Shown here: piece by piece, positions 55,405 to 64,000 of the stretch
Position numbering within the stretch: the first letter of the stretch is position 1
How the letters are laid out: each line of letters starts with the position of its first letter
Virus record (IMG/VR): IMGVR_UViG_3300027833_000015
Coordinates: 1 to 64,000 of that record
Direction: 5' to 3' (one strand)
DNA: 64,000 bases
Source of the DNA: a virus
The notes under the pieces: generated by a model
What the model saw: the letters and a program-made list of their open reading frames with translations, nothing else
Databases searched by the model: none
Told to the model about the DNA's origin: nothing
Translations under genes and position numbers: made by a program

Positions 55405-57297
55405 TTATTCTTGTCCGTCGAAAGAAATACTACAACGTATTTGTCGAGTATCTTTTTGTTTCACGGTGATATTATATACTGCTTTCGCGGAGACGTTTAT
55501 CGCGCGAGTATCTTTTTCTTTCACCGTGGTATTATATATTCCTTTCGCGGAGACGTTTATCAAGCGAGTATCTTTTTGTCTGACATTAACGTATTTTGCT
55601 AATGGCACCTTTCCGTATTTTCTGAACAGTATAGTAGAAGCACTGATAACGGAAGGACTTGCCTTTGGAGTTGAATCAACTCCTGTCACCGTCCTCTTGG
55701 TTGTTCCCACGACAATAGCAGGCGATGGTTGAATGTGAATTCTTGGTTCTATTTCTCGTTCACCAGTGCATAGAACCACGCAGTTCGTGGTCTGTAGAGC
55801 ACCACTTGCTGTGATCACCCTTTCCGCAGAACCAGAAAGATTAGAAGGTTGAGATTCAAGTTGTGTATCGACCGTGTCTTTTATTGTTCTTTCTGCGATG
55901 CCATCTACTTTGACTTCGGTATCTTGACAGATCGCAGAAACTACGACTACAACTACACGCTCACCATCTCCCGCAACAGTTACAACACCGACCTCATCTG
56001 CTGTGAGAGCACCATCAAGAACATTGATGGTCCTTCCTCCAGCACCAACTACTGTGCTGGCAGTTGATTGTACTGCTTGGTCTATTTCGTTTGTTTCAAT
56101 TTCGCGTTCAGCGAGACCGACAACAGAGGATGCTGTAGTTTCGAGTGTGCCTTGTATCGATATAATTCTTTCTGATGAACCGACCACTTTGCTCTGGTCA
56201 TTGACCAGACTACCACTGGCATTGATTATTCTCTCAGCAACGCCACTCGCTACGCTGGCAGATGATTGTACTGCTTGGTCTAATTCGTTTGTTTCTATTT
56301 CTCTCTCAGCGACACCATCCACAAGTGAAGCAGTGGTATCACAGTAACCATAACCAAATACAGAACGCTTAGTAGTGGCAGCAACAACGGAGGGACTTGC
56401 CTTTGGAGTCGAATCAACTCCAGTCACTGTTCGTTTGGTTGTACCAGAGACGACATTCGATATTGTCGGGCGAATGACGACGGAAGGTCTTATTTCTCGT
56501 TCAGAGACGCCATCGACTTTGCTCTGGTCGACGACCACAGCACCACTGCCAGTGATTACTCGTTCAGAGACGCCAACGACTTCGATCTGGTCGTCGACGA
56601 CCAGAGTACCACTGCCTGTGACTGTTCTCTGTGCTGTTGCAGAGACGGTGGAGGTCTGTGCTTGAAGTGCCTGAGTAGTTTCATTTATCTCGACGATACG
56701 TTCGGCAACACCGCTGGCAACAGAAACTCCTGTGGTCAGGGCAACGGTGGATCGTATCTCTCGTTCACTGGTAGAAGAAACATTTGCATCAGCGGTAACT
56801 ATTACACCTGTACCAACAATCGTTCTCTCTGCTGTTGCAGAGGCAGTGGAGGTCTGTGCTTCTAGTGATATGGAGGTTCTTATTTGCCTCTCAGCGACAC
56901 CAGAGACGACATTCGATATTGTCGGTCGAATAACGACAGTCCCTGGTTTTCGACCAACATCTGCTATACCACTGACAACGGATGGGGTGGAGACTTCGAC
57001 TGCGGAAACTACGGTTACAACTACACGCTCACCATCTCCAGCGACAGTTACAACACCGACCTCATCTGATGAGAGGTCGCCATTGACTACATTGATTTGA
57101 CGTTTAGAGGTGCCGCTTACAGAAGCATCGCCAGTTACAAGGATGGCGTCTACAGAATTGCGTTGTAGTGTTGCTTGCCCAGAGACTTCGGAATCTTGGG
57201 AAACGAGTTCCACGACCAGAACATGAAGACTGGTTGCATAGTCGACCGCGACATAGTCGATATCGACGTATTCGAAAATTTGACCAGATGATGCCAA
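55405..57297 (-). CDS. Repetitive S/T/V-rich virion protein
   Basis: More than 20 copies of an approximately 20-aa unit ending V.G.AER.I; basic C-terminal tail. Confidence 0.7.
   Translation of the reverse strand: MASSGQIFEYVDIDYVAVDYATSLHVLVVELVSQDSEVSGQATLQRNSVDAILVTGDASVSGTSKRQINVVNGDLSSDEVGVVTVAGDGERVVVTVVSAVEVSTPSVVSGIADVGRKPGTVVIRPTISNVVSGVAERQIRTSISLEAQTSTASATAERTIVGTGVIVTADANVSSTSEREIRSTVALTTGVSVASGVAERIVEINETTQALQAQTSTVSATAQRTVTGSGTLVVDDQIEVVGVSERVITGSGAVVVDQSKVDGVSEREIRPSVVIRPTISNVVSGTTKRTVTGVDSTPKASPSVVAATTKRSVFGYGYCDTTASLVDGVAEREIETNELDQAVQSSASVASGVAERIINASGSLVNDQSKVVGSSERIISIQGTLETTASSVVGLAEREIETNEIDQAVQSTASTVVGAGGRTINVLDGALTADEVGVVTVAGDGERVVVVVVSAICQDTEVKVDGIAERTIKDTVDTQLESQPSNLSGSAERVITASGALQTTNCVVLCTGEREIEPRIHIQPSPAIVVGTTKRTVTGVDSTPKASPSVISASTILFRKYGKVPLAKYVNVRQKDTRLINVSAKGIYNTTVKEKDTRAINVSAKAVYNITVKQKDTRQIRCSISFDGQE
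55440..55580 (-). repeat. 60-nt tandem repeat, about 2.5 copies
   Basis: gagtatcttttt...ttcgcggagacgtttatc recurring at 55447, 55506 and 55566. Confidence 0.8.
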
Positions 57298-57330
57298 GTG
57301 AGTTCCTGAAGATGAGTTATCACATCTTAT

Positions 57331-57981
57331 TTAGGACTCAGAAATATCCTCGATCAACATCTCTGCCATTTGCTTGCCAGTTTCATCTGGATTAAACATG
57401 TATGCTATGGTTGCACGGAGGCAGTTGGTGCTTGCTGCGTGGTACATCAACTTGTCTTGCTCGTCATATGTACCATAATATCCAAACTTGCACTGCCAAC
57501 CTTTAACATCAGGCACGACAACATGTTCGTTGGTGATAGGGTCGATGTATTCAAATTGTCCGTCACCTTCAGATGACCATGTAAACAGCACATTATATCC
57601 AGGAGCGTTTGCATTGTTGTGCCAAGAAATAAACCCACCAGCAGGGTACACGGCACTCAGAGCATTGTTCCTTGTGCCTGCCCATGCTTGCAGGTCTTCT
57701 TTAATCGCTAGTGCTGGTTGGGTGACTTCATGCCAGTGGTCATGGTTTTTGCATGAGAAATTTGATGGAGAGATCTCACAACCAACCATCATTCCTGGAA
57801 ACCCAGAGTGTTGTTTGCCCTGACCCATTATATACTTCAGGTAATCTTCGTTACAAAACTCGTCACGTTTGGATGTGTCGCGATCCATTGCCACTTTATC
57901 GAATTCAATCATTTCGAATATGGGAATGAACCTATTGAGTATCTCAAGCAGTTCTGGATTTAATATGGGCACAGTCTTCAT
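57331..57981 (-). CDS. 2OG-Fe(II) oxygenase-like (DSBH) protein with HxN motif
   Basis: YPAGGFISWHNNAN ... YHAA....R.TIAY. Confidence 0.65.
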   Translation of the reverse strand: MKTVPILNPELLEILNRFIPIFEMIEFDKVAMDRDTSKRDEFCNEDYLKYIMGQGKQHSGFPGMMVGCEISPSNFSCKNHDHWHEVTQPALAIKEDLQAWAGTRNNALSAVYPAGGFISWHNNANAPGYNVLFTWSSEGDGQFEYIDPITNEHVVVPDVKGWQCKFGYYGTYDEQDKLMYHAASTNCLRATIAYMFNPDETGKQMAEMLIEDISES

Positions 57982-58727
57982 AGTATAACATCACTCAGGT
58001 TTTTTGATGCTGCTGACGACATATGCACAAGTACTGTGTCATCGGGTTTGGGGAATTTTATGGGGTCAAGAATACTCCACCAATTCCACTTCTCATTATT
58101 GGCAAACTCTCCAACGATCAGACTGGCATACTTCGGTTCTTTATTGACCAACCACCACAGAGTGAATTGATCCCATATCGCTAGGCATCTCGGATACAAC
58201 TCGTAATCATACTCGCCTTTGTCGTTTAGTGGCCACCAATTACCTGACTGCTGCTCAACATATATGTCGTACCAATCCTGCATGAACTGATCAACGAGTT
58301 CGCTTTTTCTATATAGACAAACAGCGCCACACAATTCAAACTTACCTCCAGGGAAGTCGACATCTGCAAATATATGGTAGTGTTCGGGTTGAAGAGTCGT
58401 GTACACCATGTCGGAATCACCCAAATCGTCAAACACCTTTGAGATATCCTCATGGATAATTTCCATGTCGGCATCGATATAGAAGGTTATGTCCCATGGA
58501 CTATTTGCCATGCCCCAGAGTTTTGCGCGATAGTGATCGTCACAGAATAATATCTTATCTGCTTGGTCTGCTCGGTGGTCGAGGTATTTTTCTTCTACTA
58601 CAAGGCAGACATTTGCTTCTGGGTAGAAGTCTTTGATTCCATCAAGGAGGTTGCACGCCCAATCATAGTATATGGTTTCTCTCGAAGCAACTATGAGGTA
58701 TCCTTTAGTCTTTTTGCTCGGCATCAT
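57978..58727 (-). CDS. Glycosyltransferase, GT-A fold
   Basis: RAKL.....SP.D.T.YIDAD (DxD), WDQ..LW. Confidence 0.8.
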   Translation of the reverse strand: MMPSKKTKGYLIVASRETIYYDWACNLLDGIKDFYPEANVCLVVEEKYLDHRADQADKILFCDDHYRAKLWGMANSPWDITFYIDADMEIIHEDISKVFDDLGDSDMVYTTLQPEHYHIFADVDFPGGKFELCGAVCLYRKSELVDQFMQDWYDIYVEQQSGNWWPLNDKGEYDYELYPRCLAIWDQFTLWWLVNKEPKYASLIVGEFANNEKWNWWSILDPIKFPKPDDTVLVHMSSAASKNLSDVIL

Positions 58728-59187
58728 AAGTCACAAATCCAATTCCATTTTCTTCCATAACGATTAGTTGCGCATACATGTTCAATTCTACAATGTTCTT
58801 TGAACGACGCAACTTGCTTTTGAGTGTCTTGTTCTTTGTATTAGATATCATGTCGATAGCAAGCATCTTGATCTTGGAGTCGAATAATCGCTCAAGTTCC
58901 TTTGCCTGTGCTTCTGCCTTATCGCGTGCACCTTTCTGCTCGCGCTCTCGTTCCTTTCGGTCACCCCTTTCCTTGGTGTTCTCGTCTATTTTATCTACAC
59001 CAATCACATCAAGTAGTTCGGTGAAGTCTGGATTCTCTTCGCCCTTTTCAGTAATTTTACGGACGGTGAGAACCTGGGATATTTTTCGACCATCTGCATC
59101 TTCGATTACAAGAATCGCTTCTGCGCAATCTTTTTCTTTAGTATTCCAGAATGCGTTATCTAACCAGTTTCGTGATTGTACTGCCAT
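58705..59187 (-). CDS. Hypothetical protein
   Basis: Coupled to the glycosyltransferase; GGAGG SD; LF..K...F-like pattern. Confidence 0.7.
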   Translation of the reverse strand: MAVQSRNWLDNAFWNTKEKDCAEAILVIEDADGRKISQVLTVRKITEKGEENPDFTELLDVIGVDKIDENTKERGDRKEREREQKGARDKAEAQAKELERLFDSKIKMLAIDMISNTKNKTLKSKLRRSKNIVELNMYAQLIVMEENGIGFVTYDAEQKD

Positions 59188-59245
59188 GATATACCTCCAT
59201 GATATATTTCAGTTTGTAATTTATATATACGCCAACGAAAGACGG

Positions 59246-60892
59246 TTAATCGTCATACCGTACATACAGGGTGTATGTTTCTATAAGGGAAGATGTACTC
59301 TGAACGAGTTGGCCACCGTACTGCACCTGTCCCGTGAAATTCTGATTGATGAATCCTCTTGTACCGAGGAACGGGCGTGTGCCTTGGAAGTTTCTAGTGC
59401 CTTGGAAGTTTCTAGTGCCTTGGAAGTTTCGACTGCCTTGGAAGTTTCGAGTGCCTTGGAAAGATCGCGAACCTTGAAAACTCCGCGATCCAAGAAAGTT
59501 GGTGTTTCTAGCACCAATATAATATCGGGGTCCACTAAAGAAAGCAATGCGAGCACCCGCATATTGGATGTTTCGAGATCCAGCATAATATCCTACGAAC
59601 TGTCTCGTTCCAGCAAACTTTTCTTGACTGGCAAATTGTTGGAAAAATTGCTGTCCACCCTTACCGCTGTTTCGAACTCCCGCATACTGTACTTGACTTG
59701 CGAACTGTTGTGATGCGCTCACGTATGTTCCACCAAAGTCGCTGTTTACCGTCCCCCCGTATTGTCCGCTAAAAGCATTGAGGAACTGGTTGTAGTAATC
59801 CCCTAATATTCCACCATCCACCCACCTGTTGCCAGCGAAGTAATACTGTGGTTGCCCCACGAAATTCACGTTACCAACTGTCCACGAAGTTTGTACTCCA
59901 TTCGTCCATGATAACAATGCACTCGTATAGTCTGCTTGTGCACTTGCAAAGTCTGTTTGTGCGCTTGTAAAGTCTGCTTGTGCACTTGTATAGTCTGCTT
60001 GTCCACTTACGAAATACTCTTGTGGTGACTGGCGTGTTCCTGCATAATCTACATCGCCAACGTATTGTACTACATTAGTATCTCGACGTCTGTCTGTTGC
60101 TGTTCCTCTTGCTGTCCAAGACCCAGAATACCCAGCAGCGGTGGGAGTGCCTTGAGAAGATGAAAGTAATAGGTAGTCGCCTATGCCAGTGCTGGCGCGT
60201 AATTTCATTGTCAGATATGCATAATACTCTGCCATCTGTGCCTCTGTCAAACCCTTTACTGCGGGTTTTGAGGAAACCACATCGTACACTACGTTATTAC
60301 CAAGAGACCCTGCCCATGGAGCAGAGGTAGTTGGAGTGGAAAGATTGGTCTTTCTGTAGATGTCATACCCCACACTGCTTCCGTAGTCGTCTACGAAAAT
60401 GTTCTCGTCCCAAAGTTCATGTGTAGCAGCATCTGGGTTAGATGATGCGAGGACAAAAGTTCCAGGGTACTGATCGTCAATTGCCGTGCTGTATGACGCT
60501 TTGACTTCTAAACTCAACATGGCATCAGTCATTTTATATATCTGACCATCGCTGTCCGCAGAAAGAATCGGTGCAAACGAAGGCGATGTATATGCATCAT
60601 CTAACTGATGGAATGGGTAGGCAGTCTCAGTGTATTGTATTTCCGAGTTAGTTCCATGAGAACCAGTTGCAACATCATACTGCGTATCGGTCGCTGTACC
60701 TATGAGCGTGGATGTAGTTGCGTTGAAACATACAGATCCGTTGTAGCGATCAGTCGATGCTGCGTATGTATCTACGAGATACTCGCCTGCCTTTTCCCAT
60801 GCATATGCCAATGATGCGGCATTCACTTGCTCCAAATTTCCATCAGTATCTTTGATGGTCAAAGGATACTTTGTCATATGTTCTGATGACAT
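59246..60892 (-). CDS. Virion structural protein with (F/Y)xGxR low-complexity repeats (paralog A)
   Basis: PL..K...G.L N-terminus, W.ARGTATD, repeats, ETYTLY C-terminus. Confidence 0.75.
   Translation of the reverse strand: MSSEHMTKYPLTIKDTDGNLEQVNAASLAYAWEKAGEYLVDTYAASTDRYNGSVCFNATTSTLIGTATDTQYDVATGSHGTNSEIQYTETAYPFHQLDDAYTSPSFAPILSADSDGQIYKMTDAMLSLEVKASYSTAIDDQYPGTFVLASSNPDAATHELWDENIFVDDYGSSVGYDIYRKTNLSTPTTSAPWAGSLGNNVVYDVVSSKPAVKGLTEAQMAEYYAYLTMKLRASTGIGDYLLLSSSQGTPTAAGYSGSWTARGTATDRRRDTNVVQYVGDVDYAGTRQSPQEYFVSGQADYTSAQADFTSAQTDFASAQADYTSALLSWTNGVQTSWTVGNVNFVGQPQYYFAGNRWVDGGILGDYYNQFLNAFSGQYGGTVNSDFGGTYVSASQQFASQVQYAGVRNSGKGGQQFFQQFASQEKFAGTRQFVGYYAGSRNIQYAGARIAFFSGPRYYIGARNTNFLGSRSFQGSRSFQGTRNFQGSRNFQGTRNFQGTRNFQGTRPFLGTRGFINQNFTGQVQYGGQLVQSTSSLIETYTLYVRYDD
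59378..59482 (-). repeat. 18-nt tandem repeat encoding FQG(T/S)RN
   Basis: gtgccttggaagtttc(t/g)a, about 6 copies. Confidence 0.9.
59925..60002 (-). repeat. 21-nt tandem repeat encoding QAD(Y/F)TSA
   Basis: 4 copies of tgcacttgta(t/a)agtctgcttg-like unit. Confidence 0.8.
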
Positions 60893-60896
60893 GGTG

Positions 60897-62954
60897 TCAG
60901 GACTCAGAAACTTTACAATACAGGGTGTATGTCTCTAGGACTGTTGCTACTGCGGTCAAAGTGTCTCCCGCATACTGCTGGGAATTCTGACCAACGTATT
61001 CTCGAGTATACTGGCCAGCATATGTACCAGAGTACTGCGCTGAGTAGTTTGTAGGTACTGTACTCGGTCTCTGGATCGTAGAGTTTCTCGTATAAGTACC
61101 AGAGAATGTTCGCTGTCCAGTGAACGCTCCCGCATTATTTCGATACCCTGCGTATTGTTCGATGAATGTCCTCGAACCTCCAAACTGTCCGTTAGATCCA
61201 CCTTGTGCTGTTGTACGAGTACCAGCGTAGTTTGCTGCTCCCACATATCTCTCACTGATTAGACGCGACCCTGCATATTGATTGCCGTATGCTCTTTGTC
61301 CACCAAAGGATTGGTACGCAGTGTAATATCTGTTGCCACCGAACCAACGCTGGCCAGCATACTGAACCTGTCTTTGACCAGAAAATTGTCGGGTTCCAGA
61401 AAACGCTGCAAGGCGAACACCACTGAACTGTCGGGTTCCAGTGAACTGAGCGAATTTGGTGTAGTATCTGGGGACACCACCTCCCCAACCACTGCCCTTA
61501 CCGCCACCGCCAAAAGTGGTCGATGAGCGCGATCCAGCAAACTGTGTTTGACCACCGAAACTGCCATTGACAATACGGAGGAACTGGTTGAAGTAATTTC
61601 CGAGTCCAGGAAGGTTTACCCACCTGTTGCCAGCGAAGTTGGTGTTACCTTGTTGTGTTCCAACAAAGTAGTAGTATCCAGTAAAATAGTTGAAGCGTGC
61701 ATTGTTGCGAGTGCCAGCGAAGTATCCCAGATATTGACGCGAACCAGCGAATTGTTGGTATTGAATATTGACGAATGCGCGTGACCCAGAAAAGTTTCTT
61801 GTGCCAACATACTGGGTAGTGTATGTCCTCGAACCTAAATACTGGCCACTGTATGTGCGAGTAGAAACGAACTGAGTCGGTGCACCGTTCTGGTAGTTTG
61901 TTCGACTGCCTGAGAATGATAATAGTCGCTGGCCAGCATACTGCACTGGGACGTCAGCAGATGAAAACCCTGTATATTGACCAGTGTATTGTCCCGTGAA
62001 TTGTTCATTACTATATGATAGAAAAAACACAGAAGAATATTGGATAGATTCCAACACGTTTATTGTGTCTGATATAGTACCACGAGGTTGCCATGTGCCC
62101 GTTTCTCCTGTACTCGCAGGAGTTTGTGTAGAGGGTAATAGAACCATCTTACCGAGGTCGCTGAATACCCGAGCATGTCGGCATGCTTGTGCCATAGACA
62201 ACTCAAGGTTTGCTGATACGTTCTCTTTGATGTCATGTGTTTGATATGATGCATCGTCATCCGAAGGGAGAACAAGCAGGTTCATTTTCGCGGCATTGTA
62301 TGCAGACTGTTCAGCGGTTGTGCCGTCAGTCTTTCTATAGATGTTATATGGAGTTGATGTTGAAGCAGTCGTATCAGAGAAGGCAGAATTATTCCACACT
62401 TCCCATGATCCACCCTGCATAGCAGAGGGATTGGTGGTGCCTATACGAAACGAACCCACACTCTCTGTTGACAATGAATACTGCAACAGTCTCTTACCAA
62501 ACATTATAGTATAATCAGAGTCCATTTCACGGATGTCACCGTCAGAATCGACAGCAACTAATCTGCTGGCGAGCGATCCCGATTGTGTCGGGTAATCGAT
62601 ATGACTCAAACTATCACGGGCAGAACTATCATAACACTGGAATAGTGGAGTGGTGGTAGTTGAACTGCTCAGAGAAGTTCCTGGGTGTGTGCCAACTGCC
62701 TGATTGTAGAATGTGTCCGTGTACGAACCAATCTGAATCATGTCCGAATCCGCTACACGTGTCGCATAACGATCAATGGAACCATGATAGTTTCTGGCGT
62801 CATCATCAACCGTGCCAAGGTTACTGGCAGGATGATTATCTACAATATATTTCTCTGCGAAGATTGAGAGAGATTCTTCTTCTGCTGCTGTCAATGAGCG
62901 CAGGTCTGCGCCCGTACCCTTCAGCGTCAGAGGTATTGATTTCGAATGTGCCAT
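60897..62954 (-). CDS. Virion structural protein with (F/Y)xGxR low-complexity repeats (paralog B)
   Basis: Same architecture as 59246-60892: IG..TDT....GTH, WQPRGTISDT, ETYTLY. Confidence 0.75.
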   Translation of the reverse strand: MAHSKSIPLTLKGTGADLRSLTAAEEESLSIFAEKYIVDNHPASNLGTVDDDARNYHGSIDRYATRVADSDMIQIGSYTDTFYNQAVGTHPGTSLSSSTTTTPLFQCYDSSARDSLSHIDYPTQSGSLASRLVAVDSDGDIREMDSDYTIMFGKRLLQYSLSTESVGSFRIGTTNPSAMQGGSWEVWNNSAFSDTTASTSTPYNIYRKTDGTTAEQSAYNAAKMNLLVLPSDDDASYQTHDIKENVSANLELSMAQACRHARVFSDLGKMVLLPSTQTPASTGETGTWQPRGTISDTINVLESIQYSSVFFLSYSNEQFTGQYTGQYTGFSSADVPVQYAGQRLLSFSGSRTNYQNGAPTQFVSTRTYSGQYLGSRTYTTQYVGTRNFSGSRAFVNIQYQQFAGSRQYLGYFAGTRNNARFNYFTGYYYFVGTQQGNTNFAGNRWVNLPGLGNYFNQFLRIVNGSFGGQTQFAGSRSSTTFGGGGKGSGWGGGVPRYYTKFAQFTGTRQFSGVRLAAFSGTRQFSGQRQVQYAGQRWFGGNRYYTAYQSFGGQRAYGNQYAGSRLISERYVGAANYAGTRTTAQGGSNGQFGGSRTFIEQYAGYRNNAGAFTGQRTFSGTYTRNSTIQRPSTVPTNYSAQYSGTYAGQYTREYVGQNSQQYAGDTLTAVATVLETYTLYCKVSES

Positions 62955-62968
62955 GTACTAACCTCTGA

Positions 62969-63628
62969 TTATGGATTCAACAGAGTGCCAGCAGCGTTGT
63001 AGACATTGGGGATACGAGCATTCACCTCGTCTATTGCGCCATGCACTGTGTTGGCAGATATCTCACTACTACTTATACTACCTGTACCAGTGGTTGGCAG
63101 GGTGATTGAACCATAGAACTGCGAGTTGGCGTTGGTGAATCTGAGGGCATTCGTATTACTTGCGCCTGATTTAATTCTCAATTGCCCTGACGCTTGGGAG
63201 AGTTGTGCAAAGTTGACCCCACCATCTCTTAGTACAATGTCACCGCCATTAGCATCAAGGACGATATCATTTGGAGTGATAATAGAGAACGTGCTGGTTG
63301 CAGTAATATTGTTATCGCTGGCATCAAACACTGCTTCTATTTCGTTTATTGCAGCAACCAAGTTCGACTTGTCAGTGGTGTCCAGAGTAGAGATAACTCC
63401 AATCTCTATATCATGTTCGTTGATTGCATCTATAAGACTCTTGGCGGTTGTGGTGATTCCTGTGAGAGAGAATACAGAACTTCCTGGAAGTGGACCAAAT
63501 GCTGAGTCGAGATATGCCAAGTCAGAATCGAGTTGGGTGCGACCAAGGTTAAGTTTGTCGACCAACTGTTGGAATGTGTCTGTGGTCTGATATATCGGTT
63601 GGTCTTTTGGTTGCCATTCAATGGTCAT
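62969..63628 (-). CDS. Fibre-like structural protein
   Basis: TDTF...V.K.N, L.TT.K.NLVAAINE repeats, DI.LDA.GGDI.L.DGG, NVYNAAGTLLN C-terminus. Confidence 0.75.
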   Translation of the reverse strand: MTIEWQPKDQPIYQTTDTFQQLVDKLNLGRTQLDSDLAYLDSAFGPLPGSSVFSLTGITTTAKSLIDAINEHDIEIGVISTLDTTDKSNLVAAINEIEAVFDASDNNITATSTFSIITPNDIVLDANGGDIVLRDGGVNFAQLSQASGQLRIKSGASNTNALRFTNANSQFYGSITLPTTGTGSISSSEISANTVHGAIDEVNARIPNVYNAAGTLLNP

Positions 63629-63629
63629 C

Positions 63630-63860
63630 TTATTTTCCTTCTACCAGAGTTTGTATTAGTGCTTTGAGTTCTGCCATCTCATCCTTCAGGGAAGAGATCT
63701 CGGTCTTCATATTATCTTTTGTTTCTCGTTCTTGTATTGAAAACTCCTTGCGCTTTCGTGCAAGGAGTATATCATCTTCGTTAGTATTTATAACGGTTCC
63801 TGTCTCTATATTCTTATACCAACCAGACATACCCTTTACTTTGACAAGGTTCGCTTCCAT
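63630..63860 (-). CDS. Conserved hypothetical protein
   Basis: VKVKG......TG.VINTN...EI..LK.EM.ELK.LI; TAATG-coupled start. Confidence 0.75.
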   Translation of the reverse strand: MEANLVKVKGMSGWYKNIETGTVINTNEDDILLARKRKEFSIQERETKDNMKTEISSLKDEMAELKALIQTLVEGK

Positions 63861-64000
63861 TACGTGAGAGCAATGGAGCGAATAGACTGCAATATGGGTG
63901 CCTGACAATTGTTGGATGTCTTCATAACAACCTTCAACTGAAACGATACAAAGGAGGGCAGGTCGCCATCTTCGCCACCAATGAGGTACTTGTACTCAGA
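63860..64000 (-). CDS. 3' end of a large virion structural protein (DUF4815/VrlC-like), partial
   Basis: EYKY......F..FQLKVVM......P.L..IR.IAL-stop. Confidence 0.65.
   Translation of the reverse strand, partial: SEYKYLIGGEDGDLPSFVSFQLKVVMKTSNNCQAPILQSIRSIALT

Noticed and set aside
59760-61650. Shared nucleotide segments between the two fibre paralogues as a DGR template/variable repeat pair
   Set aside because: Differences are not adenine-restricted, identity is short, both copies are coding, and no reverse transcriptase is present in the window.

Overview
A 64 kb segment of a T4-like (Tevenvirinae/Kyanoviridae-grade) myophage genome, with every credible gene on the minus strand. In transcription order it carries tail/fibre and neck genes (gp13-15), terminase, sheath, tube, portal and head genes (gp16-23), then gp3, uvsY, uvsW, gp55, gp47 and gp46. 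These are followed by a compact DNA-base hypermodification operon (Tet/JBP dioxygenase, DUF3310, class II glutamine amidotransferase, GNAT, amino acid:DNA transferase/aGPT-PPlase-like protein, P-loop kinase). Next come a CobT/CobS-like VWA-AAA pair, a YadA-type trimeric autotransporter, the replication core (gp45, gp44, gp62, regA, gp43), an AEP-like primase, thyX, uvsX, gp41, and an accessory region with exported proteins. It also has tRNA-Asn(GTT), a tandem-pseudoknot RNA candidate, sigma70-type promoters, IHF-box-linked promoter repeats and T4-type late promoters. The most notable candidate system is the Tet/JBP-initiated thymine hypermodification operon, which has a free-standing GATase and GNAT. 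All family calls come from motif recognition by eye, not from database searches.
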